A stretch of 64,000 nt of DNA, taken from assembly GCF_009914755.1 (NCBI RefSeq), contig NC_060930.1; one strand, written 5' to 3'. The DNA comes from the human T2T-CHM13v2.0 reference genome, Homo sapiens. Shown here one piece after another: positions 44,501 to 63,356 of this stretch. Under the pieces are notes generated by a model. The model made no database searches and was not told the DNA's origin. It worked only from the letters and a program-made list of their open reading frames with translations. How positions within the stretch are numbered: the first letter of the stretch is position 1; each line of letters opens with the position of its first letter. Made by a program: the position numbers and the translations under genes.

Positions 44501-46177
44501 ACAGTGTCTAGCATGTAAGTGTTCCATAAATAGGTCCTGAATGCATAAAATCACAAATGAGACAGAGAAACAAGCACCCCAATGTCTTGGTGTCCAGTTG
44601 ATCAGATGGGACTCTGAGTGGCATGCAGAGACAGTTGCCACATTTCATCATGGGACACAGTACACTCCCACATCTTGGGGTTTTAAATGAAAGCCCACAC
44701 CCTCAAACCCATGTGTTCAGTACTCTCATGGCAGGTACCAGCAGTAGATGCAGGGATGAGGCAGCCCCTACTACCTTCCTAAATGGAGAACAATGACCAA
44801 GAAGCCAAAGTAGGAGGAAAAGAACATGAAAGATGCCTCATGGTGACTAAGGCAGACAGATGAACTCACAGAAAACACATTGTGAGAACACGTAGAACAA
44901 GCAAGCAGAACTGCTAAAAAGGGGAGAAGGTTTTGTGAGAGTTGGGGGCCTCAGACAGTAAAATTTTTATCACTATTGAAATATCCACAGGCTGAGCAGG
45001 CTCAGGGAAGCCTGGGGAGACTTCAATTACATAAACAATAGTCAGTCCCATGTATCTCAGCACTAAATCATCCTGAAATTACTAAAGTGCATGTGTCTTT
45101 TCTCTCCACCTTACAGGTGGCACCATGACTGCTGTGCCACTGCCTCATGTCTCCTTTATATATGGCACAATTCCTAACACAGCACTGGACGCATAATTAA
45201 CATTCAATTCATAGTGGTTTAAATGACCTATTTTAAGTATTGCCTTCTGGGCAATCACTTGTAAACTCCCATCAGATATATACCCAAGTGAGTATATAAT
45301 ATTCAATATGCAAAAAGCAGAAAAAAATACAAACATTTATTGAAAACTTAGAATAACCCCAACCTATGCAAACTAGTTTCATTGTCAAGTAAGAAATCTT
45401 TGGTTTTTTATTTTTGTTATTTATTTTAACAGATTGTACAGATAGGAAACTATGATTCTTCAAGGACAAGATTATATGGTAATAGATATCAGCACAAAGT
45501 TCTGAAACTAGTTCTTCTGAATCTAAGACCAGAGAACTAGACAAGTAAATGGAATTTGTAGCCTCTGGAAATAGCTGTAAATTAACTGTACCCAATTAGC
45601 TTTGATGTTCAAAAAATTATACTCATTACTTCATAAATGTTATTTAAATGTCATACAAGGTGGACCAACTGACTTCTCTGATGAAGAAGGCATTGCACAC
45701 ATTTTACATCTGAGTCATTTCTGTTCATAGAACTATTGAAACCCAGGTTGGGTAGCTCCCTTCCTTTCTGTACCACAAATCAAAAACACATAAAACTACG
45801 TATAAAAAGCTCAATAATTTATGAATATGCTAAATGAAAAAGGACTATGCTTTTAACTGGTAATTTAATACTATGTTTAATCACTTTGGGCTTTCCATGT
45901 TGACCTGTTAACCAACAAACTACTCATTTACTCCCACTAATGACTTCTACTCATAATTGTATTTCCTACAAATTATTGTTCAAGCATTTCAATGTCATTC
46001 ATCCATAATTACACAGTCTCAGAGCACCATTCTTACTAAATGGGCATGGAGAAAAATAAAATAATCCTTGTGGGTTAACACACTAAAATCACTAATTGTC
46101 CTCTGTTTGCTTACTTTGTAGGACTTAAATCTTTATTCTAAGAATAACTGCCAAGGCCTTTCAAAATCATTTAGGGT

Positions 46178-46255
46178 GGGGGAGGGAGAGAGGGAGAGAG
46201 GGAGAGGTGGGGGGGAGAGAGAGAGAGAGAGAGAGAGAAAGGAGAAAGAAAAGGA
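46178..46255. repeat. (GA)n / G-rich purine tract
   Basis: Read directly. Confidence 0.85.
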
Positions 46256-47199
46256 TAATTTATTAAAATAATGTTTGCATCAGAATAAAGGAACTTACAA
46301 AAAAAACTAGAAATATTGTCCTCAAATATACACAAATTATTTCCCCCTTATTTCTGGATGCAACATCACCATTATCCATAGCAAAACATTAGATGCTGTC
46401 TTGTATGTGGATGAACATTTGTCACGCACTAGGAAGACAAACACAAAGAACAGAGTCCCTTTCCTCCAGGGCCCATGATCAGTACAAGAAATAGACAAAA
46501 ATCAGAAGTGCACTGTGCAAGGTACAGTGACACTCAGGGGTGTACAGACATGGAGCACTGCAATCACACCAAGGGAGTGGTCCTTTCCAGGAATGCTTCC
46601 CAGAAGAGGTGATAACTGAGCTGGGTCTTGAAGGACAAGCCAAAGTGTGCCAGATGACAAAATGGGAAGCGTACCCTAGGCAACGACAATGATGTGTAAG
46701 ATGGTGGGGGACATTCGAATAACTGCTACATATGTGGCATGGCCAGAGTACAGGTATACAGAAGGTATAGGCACCTAGTGACTGTCCCTTCATTCTGAAG
46801 AGGTGAGCAGGACCCATCCAAAAATGACTCACAGGCCCTCCCATAGCACTTAGAGTTTATCCTAAAAATTATTTGGAAACCACTAAATGAATATTTGGGA
46901 TGAAATCTAAGAAATGATACTGTTGTGAAACTGTTTTAAGCCCATAGTACACATATCAAACTAAGAGAAGAAAATCCTTAGTGAGAAAATGGACTTACTG
47001 TATGTTGGGGAAAATGAGTCAAATCCTAAGACAAACAAGAGCCAGCCAGTAGGGAAACTGAGAGCCTGATGTGTTACTCTATGAACTAGATATCAGACCT
47101 TTGGAGCAAATGAAGAGGACTGGGCAAAATAATGCAGGACTTTGTTGACCTGTTTTAAAGACCTTAAGTTGTATTTGAAATAGTTATAAAAACAAATAT

Positions 47200-52106
<4,907 letters not shown>

Positions 52107-52285
52107 GTTTTGCCAAATTTTTAAGGTAACGTTCATGGGTTCCAAGGATTAGGACATGGACATACATGGGTGTCATTTTTTAGCCTATGGTTGAATAAAT
52201 AGTGCTGTGAAAATTGGCTATTCATTTGAAAAAAAATAGATAACTGACAAACTATATCAGAATCAATTCTAGACTGATTAAAATA

Positions 52286-52510
52286 AGGGCCTGGTAACTT
52301 TTTCTGTAAAAAGAACAGGGAGATAATAAAGAGTTTGGGGTTTGCAGACCACGTGGTCTCTGTCATAATGACTGAACTTTGCCCTTATAGTGCAAAGCAG
52401 CCATAGATAATACCTACACAAATGGGTGTGGCTGTGCCTCAATAAAATTTTGTGTATAAAAGCAAGGAATGGACCAGATTTGGTCCATGGCTCATAGTTT
52501 GCTGACCCTA
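52286..52510. mobile_element. MER58A (hAT-Charlie)
   Basis: AACTTTTTCTGTAAA...AAAGCAGCCATAGATAATA...GGGTGTGGCTGTG...TAGTTTGCTGACCC. Confidence 0.75.
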
Positions 52511-53894
52511 GTTAAAGACAGACACAAATGTGAAAAAAAAGAAAAAAAAACAACAATAAAAGTACCAAAAAACAAGTAGGTAAATTTTTATATAGTCTTT
52601 GTACAGAAAAGAGTTGATAAACATAAAATCAAAGGCAGAAACCATAAGAGAAAATATTTGTAGATTTGCCATCACAAAGATTGGAAAACTCCATAGAAGT
52701 ACTAAAAGATAAATAACGTGTGAAAGAAACCGGTTCTTTGTACCTCTATCAAGAATTTTACAAAGAGAGCTATAAGCCAGAAAGCCCCAATTGGGATCTC
52801 AAAATAAGCTGAAAAAGTTAAAATTGAGGAGACTGTTTCAGAAAGAAGTATATTCTGCCTTTCTGCCACAAGTAAATACCAGCTATGTGTACACAAAATA
52901 GAAGCGAGGCCATGTGTGTCTTAAGTCCAATGAAGAAAATGGAATGAGTTTTAGTTACATCCCCTTGCAGGCCCCAGTTTCATCATCTCTAAAATGAAAG
53001 TAACGATCCCAGTCTTTCAGGCTTCACAGGGTGGTTGTGAGAGTTAAATGAGAGTAAAGAATGGGAAGCAGCTTTGAAAATTATAAAGTGCCAGGATCTA
53101 GGTAAAATCCAATTTTGACAAATACCAAATATAATACCCAATTCAATGATACTCTTTTTCCATGACCAGGCTGAAAGCAATACTATTAATAGTATTGCTT
53201 TGATGATGCATATGGAAGAATTCTCTTTGAAGGAAAAATCACAAGCTTCTGCCTATGTAGCTTTCCATTTACTTAACAAAGTTGAGTTTCTTGTGGTACT
53301 CAAAAATGTAAAAAATGAAAATCTACACCACATTAACCATTTAGTAACCTAAAAGAAGACTACTACTGAAGCATGAGGGTGGCCAAGGGGGAGAGTTGAA
53401 AAACAGGACAGAAGGTGTTAGCAGGAAGCTAAATAGCACCTAATAGCCATGCTATAAATTTCGGACTTTACCTTAGAAACAACAGAAAGCCACTGAAGAG
53501 TTTTGAGCAGCAGCACAATATAAACAGATTTGTGTTTTTAAAAGATCAACTTGGCTCCAGGGCAAAGAATGAATTGGAAAGAACAGAAGTGGCAACTAGA
53601 AAATAAGTTTAAAAGCTTACACAATAATCCAGGCATAAGTTGAAGGTACCATAAACTAAGGTGACAGTAATGGAGATAGAGAGAAGGATATGGGCTCACA
53701 AGTTATCTAAGAATTAAAATCAACAAGACTTAGTGATGGACATGATAAGAGGAATGATAAAGGAGGTATCAAGAATGACAACCAGGTTTCTAGCTGAGAG
53801 ATTATTGGAAAACAGTAAACACCATCCCATCTTTAGACTAATAATGGGACAACTTCACCAAATCAAAAGTGTAAACAAATAATAACAATGATAA

Positions 53895-54120
53895 TAACTG
53901 ACATTTATTGAGTACTTGCTCAACATCTGCCATTGTGGTAAGTACATTACATGTTTTGTTTCATTTAAACCACATAACAAATATCATGAGAAATGTCTTA
54001 AAATAATGTCCATTTTATAGATGTGGGAACTGAAACACTGGGGAGTTTTTTAAGGTCCACTAGCTAGTTCACGGTAGAGATGGGATTTGGACCACGCAGT
54101 CCACTTCAAGAGCCCAGGCT
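53895..54120 (-). mobile_element. MIR SINE; similar remnants at about 19130-19280, 41850-42080 and 14440-14600
   Basis: ACATTTATTGAGTACTT...CCATTTTATAGATGTGGGAACTGA core. Approximate. Confidence 0.6.
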
Positions 54121-54383
54121 CCTCATACTTACTCAGAGGAAGATGAGTGAGTGAGTACTCTATGACGGAGCAAAGTCAAGCTCATCTAGAGAAGATGCAG
54201 AACGCCAGCAAAGATCCTCACAACCTAGCAGGAAAATGGAAACTACAGAAAGTTTGAAAGGAAGAGATGAACCTTGGAGCTAGTTACTTTCCTTTGAGAA
54301 GCTTTGTGTCAAGATGAGAGGCTTGAAATCCTCGTGTGTCTAAAATACGATACAGAGTCAGTTATGAGGTTTGCTTTGGTGAC

Positions 54384-54775
54384 TGTGATGGTTAATTTTG
54401 CGCATCAACTTGACTGGGCTATGGGGTACCCACAACTTTAGCTAAATGTAAATTGTTCTTCGTGTGTGTGTGTGTGTGTGTGTATGTGTGTGTGTGTGTG
54501 TGTGTGTAGGTATTTCTAACGTAATTAACATCTGAATCAGTAGACTAAGTAAAGAAGATTGCCTTCCTTAATGTAGATGAGCCTTATCCAATCAGCTGAA
54601 GGCCTGAATAGAACAAAAAGGCTGAGTATGAAGTAACTTGAACTGAGACATTGGTCTTATCTGGTCTTCAAACTTAGACTGAAGCATAGGTTCTTCTTGG
54701 ATATCCAGCTTGCTGGCCTTCTGACTGGAACTTACACCATTGGTCTTCCTGGTTCTTACGCCTTTGGACTTGGAC
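54384..54775 (+). mobile_element. ERVL MLT2-type LTR with internal (TG)n
   Basis: Starts TGTGATGGTTAATTTT...TCAACTTGACTGGGCT and contains ATCCAATCAGCTGAAGGCCTGAATAGAACAAAAAGGCTGA. Confidence 0.75.
54462..54507. repeat. (GT)n microsatellite, about 23 units with one interruption
   Basis: Read directly. Confidence 0.95.
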
Positions 54776-57700
54776 TCTCTATCTGCTTCTCTTTTTCTCT
54801 CCCTCCTTCTCTCTCCCTTCCGCTCTCTCTTTTTATCTCTCTCTCTCTTTTTATCTCTCTCTCTCTCTCAAATGGCTTATGACTCAAATGGGGCGAAAGT
54901 TAATCCTGAGGCTTTTGCTCAAGTTTTTCATTCACTTATTCAAGCAAATATTTTTTAAAGCATATTATGAGTCCAGGCACTGTTCTAGGCAATGCAGATT
55001 AAAAAAAAAAAAAAAAGTAAAGTGCTTGCCCTCATGATGTATATATTCTTCTGGGAGAGGTAATAAAATAAATACAAAAAAATGTGAAAAGTAAACCTTA
55101 CATAATACATTAAATAATGTTGAAAGCTAAGGAGAAGAAAACCGAAGGAGCAATGTCAAACGGTGATGGGGAAATGTTGAAATTTGCTCAGAAGTTAAAC
55201 AGCCATTGGGAAAGAGGCATTCCCTTTCATCTGGAGTCACAGGACTGCCATTTCTGCCTCCATGAGGGCAGAGTTTGACTGAAAATGAAGCCAGCTGAGG
55301 GGAAAGCAGAACCAAGAGTCTCAGAGAAACAAAATCTTAATGACTTCATTGGAGCACCTGGACTCAGCTGTGCCTCAAGTTTTTTCTTTTCGCCTCAAGT
55401 TTTTTATTTTCAGTTATATGAGGCAATAAGTGCTCTTATTTTTTGTTCGAATTGGGTTTTCTGTCACTTGAAACCAAAAAAAGACCTGACTAATGCCGAC
55501 ACTTTCAAGTATATATAGAAACTTGAAGTACCTTACAATGTGTTTCTAAGTGGGGTTCCTGCTGTACTTGGATTATTGAATAGCTAGAACTCATTTCTAA
55601 TTAGCAGTATACATTTACATGCAAACACCTGAAATTAAAAGACCTTAAAAACAGCATGTTCACTTAAATGTGTTTAAACAAGTCCCCTAAAGTGTGGTTT
55701 ATACTATTAATTTAAGGAACCCTTTCTTAAAGATTGTTCCAAGGTTACTCTTGTCCAGATCAATGAGATTTTAGCAGACACATATCTGCCACTGTAAATA
55801 GAATGGTTATACAGTGTTTAGACTTTTTTGAAGTATTGTTAGACAGAACAGAAAAAAAACCTTATTTTTTGTTGGTGGTGTTGGTTATATTTTAGAGGAC
55901 ATAGAGCCAAGGGTCAGTCTCCATCTGCTCAAAAGAGAGAAACACTCATCAGTCACTGGCTGTCCTACCACGCTAGGGTTCCAAGTATGCCAGGACCATG
56001 CTTGCTGATGTTAACTCAACTGTGTAATTACGATCTGCCACAACATGCCAGCTGACCAGAACCCCAACACTGAATTAAAGCTCATTTAAATTTAAGAGTA
56101 GAAAAAGGAATAAATACTTTTTTAATTTTCCTCATCCTCCTTTCTCCATTCTTCCCCTCTATTTAATCCTCCTTCCTTCCCAGTCCTAAATAAAAACCAA
56201 CAAAACAAAGCCAAATAACAACCGCAAAATGACAGTGGCTCTCCCCTTCAACCCCACATCCCTCTAGGGCACCCTTTTTACATACATAGCAGGTTGTTGG
56301 GTGGGACTTCTGCTCCTCTAGAACCTACCAGGAGGACACATGCATAGGATCAGGAGATGATAAGCACCCCACATTATAGGGAAGCCACAGACAGGGAGAA
56401 AACATCTCCTTGGGGCTTATTAAAGAAAGCTAATCTAACTCTGCCACTTTTGCCATCCCTGGAGCAGAGTCCACTCCATCATTTATGAATGACCAAAAAC
56501 AAGGAGATTCAAAGAAATCCTGAGAGATGGGGATGAGCCATCAGCCTGGGTGAGCTAACCCTGGCCTTTCCTCCCCTTCCTATAGAGCGAGGTGTGAAAC
56601 TACTTCTCTCTTATTAAGCAAAGAAAGAGGGCTGCATAAGTATCAATCACAGAGTGACCTGTAAGAAGGGGAGACTGGCTTCTTTTCCCAGGTGGAATGT
56701 CTGCATATGCAGCCTATTTGCTCAGCTGCTCATGCTTATCTAAGCAGGGGAAACAATTAGAGAAAGAGCAGAGCAGAGAAAGGGGTGATAAGTGAAACAT
56801 CTTTCATGTGGATTTGTAAGTTTCCTCTGGATAGCTGAATTGTAGGGAAGATAGCTTGGCTTGAACAAACTTTCTAGTACTCCACCAAGACCAACCCCCA
56901 AGGTGGATGCTAACGGATTGAAAACCCAAGTGGGGCTTCCACATTGAGAAACTGTGCAGTGGAAAAGCCTCCTACAAGACTCCAGTGATTTCATGCAGGC
57001 ATCTTAGGAGGGAGACTCAATAGTCAGCAATTATTATTCAGAGAGAGAGCAACACCCAACAGAGGATATAGGTGCACCGTTAAGTATTAAGCTTGTTAAA
57101 CCTCTCACCTTACCTCTTCCACCTGCCCCATACTGACAATATGAAATAAGAAGGATTAGAGGAAGAGTGAGGGAGCAGACCCTACCATCCCAAGTGCCTC
57201 AAGTTGAAGCTTTGTGGGTGAGGAAGGTAACATTAAATGAATAGGAGACTGAGTTTTTAAACTAGATTAATCAGGACTGGCATTTTCAATATCTGAAATC
57301 AACTGGAAAGCTATTGGTAACCAAGGTGTTTTTAAAGGACAAGAAAAAGGATCCATCAGAATACAGACGAAGGTAGTGACTAAAGAAAAATAAAATCTAT
57401 TCTGAGTCAGACTTCTGTCTGAAAGGTTTGCATCTACCAAACATCCCTAAAATTGTGTCGGTTGCATTTGCTCAGGCCTGTGGCAAATTTACACACCACA
57501 TCAGCTCAAGTTTCCCATGAAATCACAGGTAATATTTTGTGGTGATAAATGCAAGGGGAAAGCAGAAGTGAAAATGTGGCTTGAGCTTGGACAGTCAGAG
57601 TGCACTTTCCCCCTGGGCACCATGTATAGTCCTTAGTCTGCTAAGTAACTCTAGCAGGACTTTGGGAGGCCTCCCCTGGTTATTTTTTGAAAAGAATACA

Positions 57701-60700
57701 GTGTTCCTTTCTTTGGTAGTAGAAAATCAAAGTCCACATGAAATCAGGAAGTCCCAATAACCATAGAGAAGGCAGCAATAAGGAGTAGGAGAGAGTGAAG
57801 TCAATACATGCAGAGACAGCCAGGGTAAGGGACTGAGGGGTGAGTCCTGTGGACATTCGGACCCTTGAAGACAGTCACGTCTAAGGCCATTGTCTTTCTC
57901 TCCATCCTGCGTTTTGATTACAAGAATTCATAAATCCTTGGTTCTAAGTTTGTTTCCAGTGGGCTTCTGTCCCCTAAAACCAAACAATTTCAGAGTAATA
58001 AAGCTACATATAAAAATGCCATGTCATAGCTCTGGTTTGTATCTAGCTCAAGGGAACGAGAGACAGAAGAAAAGGGAGGAGTCTTGGTCTAGAAGAAATA
58101 GGTAAGGAAAGGGGCAAGAGGAGACAGCATTGGAGACTATTAATCAGGTGACGAGAGAGTGGAGATTTAAAAATATATTGTTGGATAAGAGGAACTGTTA
58201 TGACATGAAAATGGGCTCTAGAAAGTTTCACCCTACATCAAAGAACAGACTTTATAGAAAATGTCCCAGAGCTAAATCAGTCTTGGGGAAACAGGAATCA
58301 TGCAGAGAGGCCCTGGACACCTCAAAAGGATCCATACACCACAGCTAAAAGAATGACCTAGTAGAGTTTTTTAATCACAGTTTTAACAGTGGAACTCTTT
58401 CTTCTAACAAACTGTTACTTTGAACACAAATATATAACAGATAAAAGCAATAAATCAATTACTTGAGCAATTTAAACCTTTATTACTTGACCTCCAATAT
58501 TCATTGTTTAGGGAACCCCTAAATCCCCTCCAGGAAACATTTGGTATTTTGTGGAGCACAATGTGAAAACCACTGACCGGAAACACACTCCCACACATGT
58601 GCCTGTTCCACACACTTTATACCATGCTTAAAGACAGCCTGATACTCTAGCAACTATGAAAATAGTGCATATTACACAGTACTCACAGCAACCATAGAAT
58701 TTACATGCAGACACTTGGCATTTTCAGAAGGAAAACAAACCATATCTAAGCTTGCTTATTTAGACCACTGCTTTTATTTATTCCTACCAAATTCTTATGT
58801 TCCTTGCAATTGCACTCGTGCTTTCTTCAATCATGCCCCACATACTGCTTTTTCTCAGGAATTTCCATGTATATTTAATGCCTATATCTTGTAATTTCTT
58901 GAAAAGGACAAAGACAGAAGTCCAGCCAAGGCCATGAGACTGTTTTTCTCCTAAGAAACTGTCAGCCAAATTTCTCAGGGAGAAACTGGAAATGAAGTGA
59001 GAGACATTGATAAATTTCCCTGCTGAACAATCAATAAAAGCTCCACCATCCTGCTCAGATTCCCACTGTGGAAGCAAGAGCCGTAATTACGTTGTCAAAA
59101 ATTTAAGTTGCCCAGGCTGACAGCAACCCACTTGAAAAGTGACAAGTGATTGGCACTCAGTTTGGAGTGGTGAACCTGGATTGGCAGACAGAGTGATGAA
59201 AGCAAAAGGCAAGAGTGAAATTTCCTTATTGACTACAGCTACCCAAACCCCAGACTGCCACTCAGGAGGAATCCTGAGACCCTTTAGTCATATTAACGCA
59301 TCAAAGTGAGCAGCTGACAGAAGTTACTAAACAATCTGAACTCCACCAGCAACTCAGAACCTGTCCTCATCTACTCTCAAACAAACAGAAACAGAAAAGA
59401 TGGTGCTGTGTGTGGGTGTATATGTGCAGCTGTGTGTATATGTGAGTGTATAAGGGTGTGGGACTTTTCCTACATTCAAAGAAATACATGTAACGTGCTT
59501 TCAACTCCATCTTGCCTTGTGACAGCTGAACACCAAAGCCTGTTTGCTTAGCGATTTTAATCCAAGGTAAAAATCAGCTGGAGCAGAAGGGTTTCAAAGA
59601 GCAATAATAAAGAATGAGATGGAAGGAGAAGGTGGGAAAGTGATCGGACTGACATGCAGACCATTTGTGTGATTCTACATGACCTGAGCTGGAGTTAAAT
59701 TAGAATCCATTCAGCATTGCTGCTGAATATTAGGAACCAAATGTCTGCCAAGGGCCTCATTCGCTGGGCAGTGCCCTGCTTCAGACTATACTGGGACCCA
59801 TGCAAATAGTTTCTAAGAAGCCTTTTGTAACCACGCCCAGGAATGGTGGTTATCCACAGCTGGGAAGCAGCTGCACCAAGAGAGATTAAAATCTAAAGGT
59901 GTTGACTGGGTGGTGGGAAGAGAAGAGAAGATGCCTGGGAATGTTGTTACCACATGATCTCCAAGGTTAAAACCCTTCTGTTACTCTGATGAAAAGAGAT
60001 AGACAAGAAAATTAATATGTGTTTTGTGTGCCCAACACTCTGGAACACTTCATGAGCAATAAGTTTATGAAGTGGGAACTGTGTTTTTCTGATTTTTTAG
60101 AGATCTGTTGAACGTCATAGCTGATCTGTGGCAGAACTGGGCCCATTTCTGATTCCAATTTGATTAACCACTTGAACCAGTGTTTCTCTGAGTATAGTCA
60201 ATAGGCCACCTGAGTCACATCACATGTACATTTCCAGGCCCAGAAATCTAGATTTACAAAAACCTCTCCCAAAAGGCTCTTCTGTGCGCCAAAGTTGGTG
60301 AATCTCCTCATTATGTTATCCTGGGAAACTGAGTAAATGCTGGGTCATTAGGGACTTCCTGGGTGCAAAACAGTGAATCAAGTCGCTCACTATTTTGCAT
60401 ACTTGATGGTGAAAGAAAATTAGCTTTTTCCTAAAGCCCCAGTGTCACCAGACCCACCTCTGGCCCCGGCAAAAGGCCAGTGAAATTATGAAATGACTTT
60501 AGCCATGATATACCACCACGCTGGAGGGGAAATCTGTCTGAGACCTCAGGTGGTGAGGGAGAAGTGACAGGAGAGAATTGATGAGCTGCACGTGGGGCTG
60601 CGATTCTCTGACAGATACATCAGGAAAGGAATCCCTGTCACCCAAATGGCTGAGCTCTTTTCTACATAATATTTGTTTCAAATGCATGAGATGCTGCAGC

Positions 60701-60844
60701 ATCACATCAGAGAGGAAATGGCTTGATCTTTGCCTGTGTTCAATGGGCAAGCTCTGTGATTCAGGTGAGATCCTAGTCAATTCTCTGTCCTAAATGCTTT
60801 GGGGAATGTTTAACCAGTTTTGAAAATGGCCTAATCTGGGAATA

Positions 60845-61082
60845 TAGGAAAAGGGGGAGAGAGAGAGAGGAGGGAGAAGGAGAATAAAGGAGAGGGAGGG
60901 AGGAGAGGAAGGGAGGAAAAAGGGGAGAGAGAGAGAGGAGGGAGAAGGAGAATAAAGAAGAAAGAGGGAGAAGAGGAAGGGAGGAAACATGGAGAGAGAG
61001 GAGGGAGAAGGAGAATAAAGGAGAGGGAGAGAGGAGAAAGAGGAAGGAGGAGATGGAAATGAGGAAAGCAGAGGGAGAGGAG
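60845..61082. repeat. Polypurine tract with three repeats of about 65 bp
   Basis: GAGAGAGAGGAGGGAGAAGGAGAATAAAG recurs at 60861, 60929 and 60992. Confidence 0.9.
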
Positions 61083-62539
61083 GTCTCATTCTCAATATCC
61101 AGTAACATCAGATGGCTGAAGTAGCAACATTTTTTCTGAACTTTCAGAATTTTCAAACCATATTAGAGGCATATACTTTGCTTGAATTGCCCCATATTGA
61201 CTGTAAGCAATGGGACTAGGGATTTTCTTGACATTTGCTTAACCACAAAGGCTTACATGCACAACGTACATTTAAAATACAGGCACAAAAGGTATATTTA
61301 TGAGTTCTTTCTTTGATTCTTCACAATAGAGCATGATAATTAGATGAGCTTGGAATGAAAGAGGCAGAAGAAAATAATTAGGAGAGTTTTCATTTTTCCT
61401 CATTTGAATTCCTATTTTCAGGAAGAGCTGTGCTATCTGCATCATACAGGACAGTGGCTCTCAAATCTGAGGATTCCTCCTAAGCCTGGGGTCCTCTGGA
61501 CGATCTATGGGCTGGCTGAACCACAAATATACACCAACTTATTCCCCAGATGCACTTTTTTACTGGTAAAAAGCAACATATTGGGTTAGTGGCTTAAGAG
61601 GCCATTGAGCTAGAGCAAACATTTGAAAACCACGGCTGACGTGGGAATAGATCCTGGGCTACAAAATCAATGTAGTTGCTTGCTGATGAAGATAGGAGGT
61701 AAAAAGGTCCCCTTGGAAGTTGATCATAGAATCAACATAGCAAGCATTTTGAATTTCTATCCAGTGAGTTATGGGGTATTTTTAACCTCACAAAATTTGA
61801 TCCCCAGTGTCTAGCACACTGGGTAGCCCACAGTCAACACTTAAATGCTTGAGGAAAAGATCTTGCTTCCTTTCATAGTAAGCCAAAAGAGACACAAGCA
61901 TGTTTTTTGATAGACAATGATTGGGGCCTGTGGTCGGTATGAGACAGAGTCTGGATAAAGAAAAATGGCAGATTCCTCAGCACAGCTCCATGCCCTCATC
62001 TAGAGCAATTATCCTATGACAAGTGGATTATTTTGTGATGCCAATATAGAAATATCATTGTGTAACTGACATTATGATTTCTGGAGATTGAGTCACTATC
62101 TGGAGCCCACATTTTTTATCTGCCTTTGGCTCATGCTATGCAACCAAAAGCATATAAACACCCACTGAAATATGCTTACTCATTATTTTATACTGATATT
62201 TTACAGTTGATACTAAGGATTATCCTGGCACACCTGGTAATTTCCTGACTCTCAAGAGGGAAAAAAAATGTCCATTTTGCAAAGTGGAATTAGATGATCA
62301 GAAAGCAAATAAAGTTGGAGTAGAACACACTGTAGCCTAATCTATTTTCTCCTGGGAATCCTTAAACACCCCACCTATCTGTAAGAGGATTCTAAGTAGA
62401 ACTGTAATTAAACCCTGCTCATGGGGTAGAGGGTTTGGGGAGACAGGAAGAGGTTCAACAACTAAATGAGGTTGTCTGTATTTGATTTGGGATACCAGGC
62501 TACTGCATGTTGAGAGACATCAGTACATGCTAAGTAATT

Positions 62540-62980
62540 GTATCAGTCAGTTTTCACTAGGCTATGCTGCAATTACAAATGCAAATTTCAGTGGCTTATG
62601 ACAAAGGCTTATTTCTCACTCACATACATGAGAGCAGTAGGTCAGCTGCAGCACTGCCCCATGTCGTCTTCGTTCAGGTTCTAAGCAGAAGGAACTGCCC
62701 CTATCTGGGACAGGCTATTCTCAAGTGGCAGGAAGAAAACGAAATGGCTAAAGCATCGTAACAGGTCTTAAAACCTTCACTTGGCCATGCAGTCCCCCAG
62801 TTCTGCTCACATTCCACTGACCAAAGCGAGTATAAGGCTAAGTCTGCTCTTGCAAAGGGGCCGGGAAGTATGGTCCACCCACAAGGAGGCACTGAAAGTC
62901 ACCTAACAGTGGGTGGAAGTATACACAATCCTCTTACAGAAAGAGGAGCAAACAATTGGGAACGGTAGTGTACTCTGCCA
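62540..62980 (-). mobile_element. Old MLT1-type MaLR LTR
   Basis: TGTATCAGTCAG...GGCTATGCTGCA...TCAGTGGCTTA...CACATTCCACTGACCAAAGC. Approximate. Confidence 0.55.
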
Positions 62981-63143
62981 CATGAATCATAACAGTTTTA
63001 CTTGTTATTTAAGGAAATAGTGCCATGCTCTAACTGACCTGGTTGGCTCAGCAACTATAGTCAAGGACTTTTAAACAGTTTTATCAGTTTCCACTGCTAG
63101 ACACAGCTCTACTTCATTTCCTCTGATCAATTGCCTCACTCAC

Positions 63144-63356
63144 CGTGCAGAGAAAGAGTTCCATTCCTCACAGCCAGGAACTTGACTCCATAGGGAAAGA
63201 AGGGAGTTGAGTAGGAACTCCCGTAGAGTGTGATCTGAGCTCTGCCTTGGAAGGGCTTGTCTTCGGATCCAATCCGGAGCTCTCCACCATCAGAAACAAG
63301 GATGGCGTGTGCCCTGAGCTCGATGGGTCCTGGGGCCATGAAAATCAGCTTGCCCC
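63144..63356 (-). CDS. PKHD1: PKHD1 exon 37 (213 nt), G8 domain: [45 protein letters not shown]...NGTLSLHG
   Basis: Acceptor ccattag|GG and donor CACG|gtgagt. Translation (ORF 63136..63339) matches the fibrocystin G8 region. Phase 1-1. Exon number is from recall. Confidence 0.97.

Noticed and set aside
45105-45125. CTCF-like site CTTACAGGTGGCAC
   Set aside because: Three mismatches in the 5' half of the core motif; not supportable without ChIP data.
60773-61156. Ser/Pro/Leu-rich ORFs
   Set aside because: These are artefacts of the pyrimidine tract, which lacks stop codons.
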